64,000 nt of DNA, from IMG/VR virus record IMGVR_UViG_3300047678_000239, positions 1 through 64,000 of that record, one strand, 5' to 3'. The DNA is from a virus. A model generated the notes under the pieces. It was not told the DNA's origin. It searched no databases and was given only the letters and a program-made list of their open reading frames with translations. Position 1 is the first letter of the stretch. Each line of letters opens with the position of its first letter. Positions 45,858-56,247 of the stretch are shown in pieces. Position numbers and translations under genes: made by a program.

Positions 45858-48800
45858 TCAAATATTTATGTAAGAAAATCCGTCTTTTTTTGTTATTTCT
45901 AGTTGCTTTCCAACCATGTCTCTCATCACATCCAAGTGACTTATTATAATAACAAACTCAAAGGTTGTTTTCATGTAACTGAAAAAGGCGGCCATCATTG
46001 GCATATTAGTGGAATCCAATGCCGACATCCCTTCATCTATCACCATGAAGTTCGCTCTCGGTAGATTGCTTACGTTAATAAGAGCAACTCTTAAAGCTAA
46101 CGAAGCAATAAATTTTTCCATACCTGAACACAATTCAAGAGGCCATTTCTTATCTTCGTAATTGATATATACGTTAACGTTCTTTCCGTCCGTTTCAATT
46201 GACATTCCAAAGTCTACAATTTGAGTCAATATGTTATTGACTTCGACTTCAATCTGAGGAATTACATCTGAAATAATTTGATAAGGAATGCCGTTTGGTC
46301 CAATTGCCTGAGAATAATATTCAAACGCGGAGAACTCATTTTCAAATAATTCAATTTCTTCAATTCGTGTTTTGATTGTTTGAATTTGGTCTGAAATTGA
46401 AGTCATTCTCGCATAATCCTTAATATATTCGTCTTCCATTTTCTTCAATACAATTGTCTTGTTCTTTAGCTCCTGATTCAAGGATTCCAATGTCAAGCGA
46501 ACCGACTTGTTTACTTCGATGATTTCTTTAGATTTCTCATACAGTTCTATATCAGATTCAATTTCAGAAATTCTTGCTTTGGATTTTTCAATGGATGAAA
46601 CCAAGCTGTTGAGTTTCAATTCTCTGGTGGACAGCTTATTTTCCAACACAGGCAGTTCAGCAACCAACTGGTCACGAGAAATTTTCTTCTGTCTAAACGG
46701 TTCTAATTCGGCTAATCTTACCTTGTATTCGGAAATAGATTCAATAAGCTTCTTAGCGGATTCTTTATCAGCGTTCAAACTCTCTCTCGTGGAGATAGCA
46801 TCTTTAACGAAAATGTTGTCCATACAATATGAGCAATTTGGGTCATATTGATGTTTATCGAGGTGCTCCAATTTTTTTATCTTTTCTTGGACGAGAGTCT
46901 TCAATTTCTCCATACCACGGTCAGCCTTATCCTTCATGGATAATATACTGTTTGCCTCAGCTTCTTTTTCATCAAGATTTTCCGAATTATAACCTGTTAC
47001 GGAATCTTTTCTATCTTGAATCATGGATTTTAAATCGGGAATCTCAGAGCGTATTGATTCGGACAATGCCTCATTTTGCTTAATTGTTTTTGTGAGAGTT
47101 TCTTTCTCACTGTTCAACGATTCTACATTGGCAGGAACACTCACCAAATTGACAATCTTCTTTGATTCTTCGTTGATAAGATTGGTGGTGGTTGACAACG
47201 AATCTTTTGTAGTAGTAATACTCTTCGTCAAATCAGCAAGTTTCCCTTGAAGCATGTCAATTTCATTAGCCATATCGGCTGATTTCTTTGTATTGTCTTC
47301 TTTATTGAAAGCTTTAATTGCTCCTGAAATTTCTTTGATTCTATCAGAAGAAATGAGGGCCAATTTTTCAAATAAATTCAATCCGATGAACTGTGATAGA
47401 AGTTCTTTTCTTTCCGATTGGCCCATGTCGATAAACGACCCACCGTTACCTTGAAGTGAGAGAGTGGTCAAAATAAAATCATCATAGGTTCCAACATAAT
47501 CACGAATGATTTCGTTTGTGCTCCTACGAGCTTCAGCGTTAAGAGGAACCTTTTCGTCTTTTTCCATCTTGTAAAAATTAACCTCAACTTTTACATTTCC
47601 CTTCTTATCTCTGGCGCCACTTCTTTCGATAAAATAATCAACGCCATTAATTTCAAAATTGAACTTACAACTGAAAGACATTTTTTCGGAGTTGATTATC
47701 TGAGATGCCTTAAAGGCTCTGGCAGACTTGTCAAAGATACAAAAACTCAAAGCATCCATCAAAGATGATTTTCCACTTGCGTTTGAAGCAAATACTCCGT
47801 AAACATCGTTGAGTTTGGTAAAGTCAATTACGTTATTTTCACCATATGAGAACATGTTTGAGAATTCAAACTTCTTAGGCTTCCAACGAATATTTTTGCT
47901 CTGGTCATCCTTACTCAAATTGTCATTAAGCGTTTTGTTAATGTCAACGATGGCGTCCAAGGTAGATTCATCAATTTCTGGATATTTTTCTTTCAAGAAA
48001 TCCAGTATCAAAGTGTTCTGATAATCTACATTACTTATTTGTGTCAGATTGGCAATCGACTGAGAACTTGCTTTCTTTTGTTGAGAATCTGAGTCAACAC
48101 GAACATATACCAAATCGGTTATGTCGCAGATTTTTCTTATCTCCGTCACAATCTGCTTAACCTCTGTGGCAACAGTTCCTTTGCATCTTACTCGAAGCTT
48201 TGGCTTAGCTGGAATATTGGATATGTCTGTAATCAACTTTCCATCTTCAACATCGATTGTATAATAACAATAATCGTTAGGAACTTCAACGTGAATATGT
48301 TTTCTAGTATCAACATTCCACACCGTATAACCATGTCCTTCCAAATTCTCTCCGTGATTCTGCATAATCATAGAACCAGCGTATCGAATAATTGGCTTGT
48401 TATCTGCCGGACTGTATTTTTGTAAATCTTGTATTAAATGAATGTCGCCCAACATCGCAATGTCGTGGCCATCGAACAATGAGGTAGTGATTGTGCGATT
48501 GTTGATTTTATACCCAATCTCAGTTTCTGCATCGTGAACTGGACCGTGAAATAAGGCGACCGTGCAATTGTATTTGTTTTTGACGCTCTTAACAACGTCC
48601 TTCATCGCCAAATATTTTGTCGAATCATCAAACACGCTCATGTTGTTTATGAGTATGTTGCCAGCTCCATATAACTTGGATTCTTTCAAATAGAACAAAT
48701 TTTTGTGAGCCAAATTGTTTACAATTGGAGACAAACTATCGAGTCTCTGTGAATTGGTAAGAAGACAGTCATGGTTTCCGGCAATCAAAATTGTCGGTCT

Positions 48801-49061
48801 GAGGTCTGCCAGTGACTTCAAAAATTCGCTAGCGATTTGAATTGCTTCTGGGCTCAAGTCAACCTTGGAGTGGAAAGTATCTCCCGTATTGATGATGACG
48901 GTATTTGGCGGAGTCTTTTTGATTCCCTCATAAACTTTTTGAAACGCCTCACGATATTCCTCATGTCTTTTCGTAAGGCGGATGTGAACATCTGATAGAT
49001 GCACCACACACTTAACCGTGTCAAATCCAATATCTAATTTTTCGACTGTATCAATTTCCAT
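45858..49061 (-). CDS. Fused Mre11/SbcD nuclease - Rad50/SbcC ATPase (T4 gp47+gp46 equivalent)
   Basis: SDVH, GDTFH, AGNHD, LFHG, GDIH phosphoesterase motifs; NASGKSS Walker A, CSYC hook, CSGME signature, IDEG, ISH. Confidence 0.92.
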   Translation of the reverse strand: MEIDTVEKLDIGFDTVKCVVHLSDVHIRLTKRHEEYREAFQKVYEGIKKTPPNTVIINTGDTFHSKVDLSPEAIQIASEFLKSLADLRPTILIAGNHDCLLTNSQRLDSLSPIVNNLAHKNLFYLKESKLYGAGNILINNMSVFDDSTKYLAMKDVVKSVKNKYNCTVALFHGPVHDAETEIGYKINNRTITTSLFDGHDIAMLGDIHLIQDLQKYSPADNKPIIRYAGSMIMQNHGENLEGHGYTVWNVDTRKHIHVEVPNDYCYYTIDVEDGKLITDISNIPAKPKLRVRCKGTVATEVKQIVTEIRKICDITDLVYVRVDSDSQQKKASSQSIANLTQISNVDYQNTLILDFLKEKYPEIDESTLDAIVDINKTLNDNLSKDDQSKNIRWKPKKFEFSNMFSYGENNVIDFTKLNDVYGVFASNASGKSSLMDALSFCIFDKSARAFKASQIINSEKMSFSCKFNFEINGVDYFIERSGARDKKGNVKVEVNFYKMEKDEKVPLNAEARRSTNEIIRDYVGTYDDFILTTLSLQGNGGSFIDMGQSERKELLSQFIGLNLFEKLALISSDRIKEISGAIKAFNKEDNTKKSADMANEIDMLQGKLADLTKSITTTKDSLSTTTNLINEESKKIVNLVSVPANVESLNSEKETLTKTIKQNEALSESIRSEIPDLKSMIQDRKDSVTGYNSENLDEKEAEANSILSMKDKADRGMEKLKTLVQEKIKKLEHLDKHQYDPNCSYCMDNIFVKDAISTRESLNADKESAKKLIESISEYKVRLAELEPFRQKKISRDQLVAELPVLENKLSTRELKLNSLVSSIEKSKARISEIESDIELYEKSKEIIEVNKSVRLTLESLNQELKNKTIVLKKMEDEYIKDYARMTSISDQIQTIKTRIEEIELFENEFSAFEYYSQAIGPNGIPYQIISDVIPQIEVEVNNILTQIVDFGMSIETDGKNVNVYINYEDKKWPLELCSGMEKFIASLALRVALINVSNLPRANFMVIDEGMSALDSTNMPMMAAFFSYMKTTFEFVIIISHLDVMRDMVGKQLEITKKDGFSYINI

Positions 49062-49064
49062 GAT

Positions 49065-50000
49065 TTAGAATCCCAATCTTAATCTCATAATGCGGCTAAA
49101 GTCAAGATATTCCGTTTCTTTAATTGACTGAGTTATTTTTTGGAAACCCAACGAACCGGCGTCTTCGTCTCCCTTTATTTCAACCAATTTTGTCTTCAGC
49201 CCAATTGAAATAAGAAAATCTGCGATTTGAAGAGAATGTTTTATTGCATCCGGGTCGAGAATGATATTAACATCGGGCTTATGTTGAATTAACTCCGTCT
49301 TCAATTTTGTGCTTGGGTATGTTCCAAATAAAGGAATAACGTTTCTTTTCACCGATATAGCATCCAAAGGCCCCTCGACCAAATTGATTGGGTAATGAAA
49401 ATCCACCATATTCTCAAAACCGATTATGTCTCTTGGGGCATCGCAGTTATCATACTTCAAATACACATCATCATAATAGCTTCTTCCGGTAAAGAAATTA
49501 AGTTGATTGTTTTTATCATAAGAAGGAAAAATCAAACGATTTCTGTATCGACCTTCCGTGCAATAACCGATGTTGTGCTTCACTACATCAAATGGGGTTA
49601 TGCCACGCTTTACGGCATAACGAATTGCTTCACGATATTCTCTTGAACCGTCATTGATAGTCAAACTCTTGAATTCTTGAGGCAACGTTAAGACCTTCTC
49701 ACTTTCTGTTGTTTCCTTTGGTCTATAAGATTCTTCCTTAATTCCAGTTTTTTCGAGCTCTTTAAAACTTGATTCCGGGGCATTGATTCTCTTTAAAAGA
49801 TAACGAACACCATTTCCCTTTTCGTGACACACCCAACATTGCCACGGATACGGAGATTCCAAACAAATTTCCAACTTCCTTTTTCTGTGATTACAAAAAG
49901 GACAATGATACTGTAGATTATTACCCTTTCTCAGTCGCCCATTTTCTTTTAAAACCTTATCTAGCAGGCCAGTGAGTTCGGATTGAACAAGAAGACTCAT
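49065..50000 (-). CDS. DNA primase (zinc finger + TOPRIM)
   Basis: CPFC..CWVC; NRLIFP, FTGR, KY.N; VEGPLDA, LDPDA. ATG at 50000 preferred over GTG at 50006. Confidence 0.88.
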   Translation of the reverse strand: MSLLVQSELTGLLDKVLKENGRLRKGNNLQYHCPFCNHRKRKLEICLESPYPWQCWVCHEKGNGVRYLLKRINAPESSFKELEKTGIKEESYRPKETTESEKVLTLPQEFKSLTINDGSREYREAIRYAVKRGITPFDVVKHNIGYCTEGRYRNRLIFPSYDKNNQLNFFTGRSYYDDVYLKYDNCDAPRDIIGFENMVDFHYPINLVEGPLDAISVKRNVIPLFGTYPSTKLKTELIQHKPDVNIILDPDAIKHSLQIADFLISIGLKTKLVEIKGDEDAGSLGFQKITQSIKETEYLDFSRIMRLRLGF

Positions 50001-50007
50001 TTCCACG

Positions 50008-50036
50008 ACGATACTTTATAACCACTTGACCGTCAA
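50008..50036 (-). promoter_or_regulatory. Sigma70-like promoter for the primase/SbcDC operon
   Basis: TTGACG-N17-TATCGT, 7 nt before the ATG at 50000. Confidence 0.55.
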
Positions 50037-50131
50037 CATAAAATAACTGTTATTATAATGATAGTGCTTGATGGTTTGACCAATCACCAGTCAACCATAC
50101 ACTTCCACCATTTCAATCGTTCTAGAGACGA

Positions 50132-50635
50132 TTAAACCTTGCTCCACAAGGCAATTACAACGGCGTCACGAACATCTTCCATTCGTTTATCTGGCTCGCC
50201 CTTCTTATTTTTAATTTCCCAAGGAGACAAATCATATAATTTGTCCATTTTCATTTTAACAAATTCCTTTGGTTTGATTCCATCAAGTCGAGCCGCTCCC
50301 AGAACTTTTTTTCTAGCGGTTTGAGCTCCGACCAAATTTATCTTTCTTTTGAAATGGTCTTCCAAAGCGTATTCAAATACTGCGTTCCAACGAGCCAGCA
50401 TAACAACAACGGTTCTACTCGATGGGCCAGCAAAACCGCTCAGAGAGCCTTCGAGATTTATATCCGCGACCTTTTCAATCAGAGGATTTTCTTGAAGTTT
50501 TCCAATGACATAAGCCGCTTTTTCACGGTTCCCTTCAATATCTTTTATATTGAAAAAACCAGCATCCAATATCTCTTCATCTTCGGTGAAGGCGTATCCT
50601 ACAGTGGTTGTGCTGGCATCTAATCCAAGATTCAT
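50132..50635 (-). CDS. RuvC-like Holliday junction resolvase
   Basis: LGLDASTTTVGYA, INLEG, RKKV, EDVRDAVVIA (D-E-D-D RNase H fold). Confidence 0.8.
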   Translation of the reverse strand: MNLGLDASTTTVGYAFTEDEEILDAGFFNIKDIEGNREKAAYVIGKLQENPLIEKVADINLEGSLSGFAGPSSRTVVVMLARWNAVFEYALEDHFKRKINLVGAQTARKKVLGAARLDGIKPKEFVKMKMDKLYDLSPWEIKNKKGEPDKRMEDVRDAVVIALWSKV

Positions 50636-50660
50636 ATCCAATATATATGGACTAAAAATC

Positions 50661-51011
50661 TCAACCCTTGTATTTTAGAACACTAATCTTGTATTGCTTT
50701 GCAGCGTAATCCAAAGCGCTTGGCTTAAAAGAAGACACGCCACGTTGTGCAAATGCACGAAATTCGTTTTGAACCGTATTTCCTACGTCTATCAAATCGG
50801 ATACTTTTGGTTTAGCTCCACCAGCATCTTTCGAACCCAACCCAAATCCCTTGGTGTTATTATAACGAGCTGCCAAGTCGTTTGTTGGAGTATATGTTCC
50901 TCGCCCAGCGCGAGTGGCGGCACCCATTCCAAATTGTCCGCCCGCGGCGTAACGTTGCTCATCAGTCAAAGTGAGTGATGTTCTGTCGATTGGTTTTAGT
51001 GGGTCTGCCAT
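50661..51011 (-). CDS. Small Gly/Ala-rich late protein, probably virion
   Basis: ATATTTATA plus AAAGGAG Shine-Dalgarno upstream. Confidence 0.55.
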   Translation of the reverse strand: MADPLKPIDRTSLTLTDEQRYAAGGQFGMGAATRAGRGTYTPTNDLAARYNNTKGFGLGSKDAGGAKPKVSDLIDVGNTVQNEFRAFAQRGVSSFKPSALDYAAKQYKISVLKYKG

Positions 51012-51042
51012 GATGTGTTATCTCCTTTCTATAAATATAATG

Positions 51043-54000
51043 TTAGGTGTCAAAACGGACGATAATGTTCACCGGCCAGTCGATAAGATTTTTGATTGGT
51101 TTTCCCAATTTTCCGACCAAGAGAAGTTCTCCTGAATCATTGTATAATCCAATTGTTGTAATATATGGAGCCAAGTAAGAACCCGTTGGGTCAAATGAAG
51201 AAGATTCGATGAAATTCAAGAAATTCTTGTTCACTTCAAATTTCTTCTTTCCACTGAACATGTCGATGTAATTCTTTACATCGTTATAATATTTTCTTGT
51301 TGAATTTGAATTTATGAACGTCGCTAATTTTGAATCCGTAAGAGTTCCCATGAAGTAATTAAGCAATAATCCTCCATCACGAATATCAATGATTCCATCT
51401 CCATCAATATCCAACACCATGTTATCAATCAAATTGGACTTTATGAATCCGTATATGTCTGGAGTCAAAAATTCATCGAACTGAGTAACAGCCGTTCCAG
51501 CAACTCCAGCCAATGTTTCAAGATACAACACATCTTCCGATTCTGTTTGTAAAACATCATTGTTCCACCAACTTTCGTCTTTGAGAGTGTCTTGTTCGAG
51601 AACAATTCCATTATCGTCTGTATCTTGGACAGTGTAAAATCTTTGCTTATTTAAAAATCTCAAAATAAGGTCAACGTCTTTTATATCAAATACGCCGTCT
51701 TGATTAACATCAAAAAGCATCGGATAATTGGCCAACGAAGAAGGTGAAGTAGAATAATTGAATTGGCTAGGAGCTATGCTGACCAAATATTCATGTTCGT
51801 AAATAGTGTGAGTGCCTTGATACTTTAGAGAAAATCCTCTTGAACCAGTGGATGACATTATTGTTTTGTAATTTTGCTCTGTTGAAGTTACAACCAACTG
51901 ACCGTTCTTGTAAAATACATTTCCGATTTTTGGATTCTTCTCAAAATTACTTACATTGTAAACATAAGTTGCTCCGTGATTACTTGCTGATATAAAAGTA
52001 TTGTTGTTGAGACTGGATGTGATGATATAATTGAAAGTAGAAAGATTTTGTGGGTAGTTGAAAACCGGACTTCCTACTGCCAAATACATTGAACCAGAAT
52101 ATGAGTCTGACAGAGCTGTAGAATAACCGTAATGATAGTGTGGTAGATTATTCTCTTTGTTTCTCTTCATCGTTCTAATCAAATCCCACGATGTATTTTG
52201 AGCATTGTAAGAGAATAAGGACACTCTTCCCAATACGAACTCTTGGTCTGTGGAACTTGTTGAATATGTTTGCCATTCCTCGATTCCGAACGATGCTCCA
52301 TTGTATGAACCTGTGTAATAAGCCTTGTCGGAACCATATCCAACAGAAGCATACCCACTACTTACAGAAACACTTCTAGCGAAATTACTATTCTTAGTTA
52401 CAGTTCTGTCTCCAAATGTCTTGTGTCTCAAAGCACAATCGTAAACAGAACAATCTTCATCTGTTCCAAAGCTGTAGAAATAAACTGCGCCCAATGATTG
52501 TGTTACTTGAGACGATGAATATGGGGTAAATCCCTTATCATAAAACGAGCATATTGCCAAGTGGTCGCCATCAATAGAAACTTTGTATCCAAATCCATCA
52601 ACCGGCAAATCAACCTGAACAAAGTTAAATGGAGCGTTTCGATTTAAATCCGCCCACTCTTCGTTGCCAACAAATGTCTTGTATCTTGACCAAGAAGCGG
52701 TGGGACATGGTGAGCCAGAATAAGAAGCAGTAAACAACGAAGCGTATCCGGCTCCTGTGGTTATTCTTGTTCCAACCAAAATTTTATCGGACGAAACAGA
52801 TACAGAAGAACCAAAATAATCACCAGCTGTGCTGGATGTGATGACCGTCTCCAACTCCCAACTGTAGTTTCCTGATATGAAATATGGGGCACTTTGTTCA
52901 TTGTAAATTTCCATACTTCCAGATTCAGCTATAATTGTGGTGCATTCGCCATCTTCCGACGAAATTTTTTGCCAAAATGATTGTGTAGGAATTCCTGAAC
53001 ATCCCAACGAACCATATTGCTTCTGTCTATAAACATACACGGCTCCAGCATTGTTGTTTAATCCTGGAGCACCAATAGCCATAATACCTCTGTCGTGACT
53101 TATCGCTGCACCAAATTGTGCATTGGAACCAGAACCTTCCAAAATATTAACCATTCCCCAATGGTCTGGTCCACCGGCATATTTGTGGTAAACATAAACC
53201 ATTCCAGACCCAGTTTGTGTGGCACAAGCATCTTCGGTCAATGAACCAATAGCAGCAAAATCATCTCTAACGGATACACTTGCCCCAAATCCATCTTGAT
53301 AGCTTGTGGTAAATGGAGAACGGAAAGTCTTAACCAATCTGTGCTGATTATATTCAGGGTCAAACTTGTAAATGTCGGCGCGTCCGTTCTTCTTAACAGC
53401 AACCGTTCTAATATCAGTTGGAGAGCCTACCAAAACGTATTTATACCAAGCTGATACAGAATATCCGAATCTTTCGTTTTCTGGTTTAAAAATTGAACCG
53501 GTTGTTACATATTTCCAAGAATCTGATGATGGAATGTAATCAATCAATCCTCCAGAGTTCTTAATGTCTTGTGCTTGAGCGTATGTGATTTCTTCTCCGT
53601 TGTAGTAGAATTGACCTGAGCCAGAGTCCCAAAATGAACGACTCTCTTCGCTGTTGTATGGGAACAATTCGTTCGTAGAAGGAAAGTGACTACCGCTAAC
53701 GAATAAATTGGTGAATCCATCGTCACATATCAACATCTCTTCATGAGGGCTTGAATAGTCGTATAATCTTACACTTTTTGGGTTTATTTTCTCTCCCCAA
53801 AAATCTTTATCAATTCTACCGACAAAAACTCTATCAGAAATTTTTCTAACTTCTTTTTCTTTTGTTATTGGGTTTTCTCCAACAAACTCAACTCCAAATT
53901 GATTGAGTGGATTGTCTTGATTTCTATAAAAAAGAGCATCTGTGGATGAATATGTCAATCTCTTATATTCTCCAGATGAATTCACTGGCTCTTTTGATGC

Positions 54001-54195
54001 ATCGTAATAATCGCTGCTCGATGGATAGAAGCTTCCTGAAATATTCAATCCCTCATTGACCACCATTTTATCCGCATAATAGGTGGAGTCTCCAAATGTA
54101 TCTACGCTAGCGCTATCAATGCTTTGTAATGTCCAATTTTTGTATGTCTTAAATGGACGAACCGTTATGTCGCTCTGCGTAAATTTCTTTTGCAT
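51043..54195 (-). CDS. Baseplate/tail protein with FG-GAP beta-propeller repeats and a pair of dockerin/EF-hand-like Ca-binding loops
   Basis: FGYSVS..VGSP, FGASVS, FGAAIS..IGAP, FGSSVS; DVNQDGVFDIKD and DIDGDGIIDIRD; C-terminal YITTIGLYN..ELL.VGKL shared with 55112..56239. Confidence 0.7.
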   Translation of the reverse strand: MQKKFTQSDITVRPFKTYKNWTLQSIDSASVDTFGDSTYYADKMVVNEGLNISGSFYPSSSDYYDASKEPVNSSGEYKRLTYSSTDALFYRNQDNPLNQFGVEFVGENPITKEKEVRKISDRVFVGRIDKDFWGEKINPKSVRLYDYSSPHEEMLICDDGFTNLFVSGSHFPSTNELFPYNSEESRSFWDSGSGQFYYNGEEITYAQAQDIKNSGGLIDYIPSSDSWKYVTTGSIFKPENERFGYSVSAWYKYVLVGSPTDIRTVAVKKNGRADIYKFDPEYNQHRLVKTFRSPFTTSYQDGFGASVSVRDDFAAIGSLTEDACATQTGSGMVYVYHKYAGGPDHWGMVNILEGSGSNAQFGAAISHDRGIMAIGAPGLNNNAGAVYVYRQKQYGSLGCSGIPTQSFWQKISSEDGECTTIIAESGSMEIYNEQSAPYFISGNYSWELETVITSSTAGDYFGSSVSVSSDKILVGTRITTGAGYASLFTASYSGSPCPTASWSRYKTFVGNEEWADLNRNAPFNFVQVDLPVDGFGYKVSIDGDHLAICSFYDKGFTPYSSSQVTQSLGAVYFYSFGTDEDCSVYDCALRHKTFGDRTVTKNSNFARSVSVSSGYASVGYGSDKAYYTGSYNGASFGIEEWQTYSTSSTDQEFVLGRVSLFSYNAQNTSWDLIRTMKRNKENNLPHYHYGYSTALSDSYSGSMYLAVGSPVFNYPQNLSTFNYIITSSLNNNTFISASNHGATYVYNVSNFEKNPKIGNVFYKNGQLVVTSTEQNYKTIMSSTGSRGFSLKYQGTHTIYEHEYLVSIAPSQFNYSTSPSSLANYPMLFDVNQDGVFDIKDVDLILRFLNKQRFYTVQDTDDNGIVLEQDTLKDESWWNNDVLQTESEDVLYLETLAGVAGTAVTQFDEFLTPDIYGFIKSNLIDNMVLDIDGDGIIDIRDGGLLLNYFMGTLTDSKLATFINSNSTRKYYNDVKNYIDMFSGKKKFEVNKNFLNFIESSSFDPTGSYLAPYITTIGLYNDSGELLLVGKLGKPIKNLIDWPVNIIVRFDT

Positions 54196-54211
54196 ATACT
54201 ACTATAAATAT

Positions 54212-55048
54212 TCAGACCGATGCTTTATTGGTTGTCTTCAACACCTTCATTTCTTTCAATTTATCCTCTATGATTGATATGTTCTTTTTTATATCAGATT
54301 CCCAAAATCGAATAACTTCATAACCTCTAACTTTGGCCATATCTTCTTTAAGTCTGTCCTTGATTCTTGCTTTTTCGGCTCCCCAAAAATGATGCTTTGT
54401 GTTAGGATTTCCGTGCCAATAATCTCCATCAATCTCTATAATGATAGGTTTGTTTTTCAACTTGAAGTCGTAAGAACCACATGTTTTTCCGTCGTGGATG
54501 AAAAATCCATAGTGATACTTAATACCCAGCCTATCTAACTCATTTGACACTTTTGTTTCCAGTTTATTCTTACTACGAAGAGACATCATTTTTTCGACGG
54601 CTTCTGGAGTGTGAGTTTTACCGAACATTGGATTTTTCTCACCAGCGGAAAGGCCGTTCTTTATTCTCGTTGCTGAGATTTTGGCTCGGACCTCTGGTCG
54701 AGTTGATGAATTATTTTGGCCCATGTTATCCGGTCTCGGGTGGCTATTTGCTGAGCCTATTTTTTTCTTCGTTTCATCGCTCAGCTCGGCGCCGGTTCTA
54801 TGAGACTTTACTCCCGTCCATGTTTTTCTCATTTCACGGAGGCACTCTTTCGAACAAGAATTTCCCTTTTTTGCCTTAGACTTTGTTATTTTTCCACAAA
54901 TCTCACACTCAACCCATCCCAAAAATCTAAAGTCATCAATATTTTCTTCAACATATTCCTGGAATACTTTTCCGTGACTTTTCAAGTGCATCGGAAACGC
55001 TTTTGGATGAATTTCCCTCTTACAAATCTTACAGGTTATGTTGCTCAT
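54212..55048 (-). CDS. Free-standing homing-type endonuclease (Zn fingers, NUMOD3, Vsr/DUF559-like nuclease)
   Basis: CKIC..HLKSH; LSDETKKKIG, NPMFGKTHT; YDF..IIEIDGDYWHG..D..K..A..GYEVIRFWE. ATG at 55048 is 4 nt after ATATTTAT. Confidence 0.85.
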   Translation of the reverse strand: MSNITCKICKREIHPKAFPMHLKSHGKVFQEYVEENIDDFRFLGWVECEICGKITKSKAKKGNSCSKECLREMRKTWTGVKSHRTGAELSDETKKKIGSANSHPRPDNMGQNNSSTRPEVRAKISATRIKNGLSAGEKNPMFGKTHTPEAVEKMMSLRSKNKLETKVSNELDRLGIKYHYGFFIHDGKTCGSYDFKLKNKPIIIEIDGDYWHGNPNTKHHFWGAEKARIKDRLKEDMAKVRGYEVIRFWESDIKKNISIIEDKLKEMKVLKTTNKASV

Positions 55049-55111
55049 AACCATAAATATCAAACCAAATCACCAAAATGCTCACTATCCAGTCATATAT
55101 TAATCAACACC

Positions 55112-56239
55112 TCAAACATCAAGGCGAATTTTTATAAGAGTTTCATTAGAAAAATTCTTGAGCGCAGCTTGGCTTAACTTAGCTACGGCTACAAGGTCGT
55201 TGTTTTCATTGTAAAGACCAACTGTGGTGATGTAAACTTGAGGGTCGGTCGAGAAGCTAGAGAATCTCAATTTACCAACATCACCCGAATCAATTACTCC
55301 AGCATCTGCTTCAGCTTGAGTGTAGACAAAGGTTGGGTTGTTTGAATAATTAAACTCTTGATTCTTAACTCTAATAAAATAATGACGAGCTGGAACGTAT
55401 TCAGTAACTCTAGCTCGGATGGAACCGGTGTGGTTATTGATGATGCAATTTGCAAATCTGTTATGCATCAAAGCGTATGAATTATTTGTTCCAAGACTGC
55501 TTGTTGGAGTGGATAAAGCTCTACCTGTAGGAGACGTTCCCACAATGGAACTGATTACCGATGGGTTCAAGATTACCAACCCGAGGTCAGGATACATTGA
55601 ACCTGCTCCAGAATACACAACTTGACCGAGACTGTTTAGATTTGCTCCACCAGCCAATGTTCCTTGAACAATGTTGTAACGTTTTCCACCAGCGGTTCCG
55701 GATGGTGTCTTATTATAACGTGAATCATCAATGAAAGTGAATGTTCCCTTAGAACCAACCAAAGTTAGTTCAAATTGACCTGGGTCAAGTCTATCCTTAA
55801 CTTTAGCTCCGGAGAAATTGATGGAATAAATGTCAACTGAGTTTACTTCTGATGTAGCAGAACCGGTGTAGAAAGTGAACAAAGCGTCATCTGGAATCAA
55901 CAAGAAGTTTCTATATTGATTGTAAACCGCTTGAGTTGGTTTCAACAAGCTTCCGTTTGATGTATTCAAGTCAAAACCAGAAGAACCAGAACCAGCATAA
56001 TGACCATAAGCTACAGACAAATATACTTCGGATGAAGCGGAGCCGGTTGGTTGGTCATAAAGATTGATATAATACAATCCATTTAGAGGAACCAAAGCAG
56101 ACGAACCGGTGATTTTTGCTTGAGCACTTGAAGTGTAGAACGCTGTCCATTGTGACTGCCCACCGGAAAACATTCCGGTAGATACTTGTTGGACTCTACC
56201 CGAAACAACGTCAGTTTGGTCAAAATTCTTAAAAATCAT
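55112..56239 (-). CDS. Baseplate/tail structural protein
   Basis: EFNYSNNPTF...YITTVGLYNENNDLVAVAKL C-terminus; baseplate cluster. Confidence 0.65.
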   Translation of the reverse strand: MIFKNFDQTDVVSGRVQQVSTGMFSGGQSQWTAFYTSSAQAKITGSSALVPLNGLYYINLYDQPTGSASSEVYLSVAYGHYAGSGSSGFDLNTSNGSLLKPTQAVYNQYRNFLLIPDDALFTFYTGSATSEVNSVDIYSINFSGAKVKDRLDPGQFELTLVGSKGTFTFIDDSRYNKTPSGTAGGKRYNIVQGTLAGGANLNSLGQVVYSGAGSMYPDLGLVILNPSVISSIVGTSPTGRALSTPTSSLGTNNSYALMHNRFANCIINNHTGSIRARVTEYVPARHYFIRVKNQEFNYSNNPTFVYTQAEADAGVIDSGDVGKLRFSSFSTDPQVYITTVGLYNENNDLVAVAKLSQAALKNFSNETLIKIRLDV

Positions 56240-56247
56240 GGTCTAAA

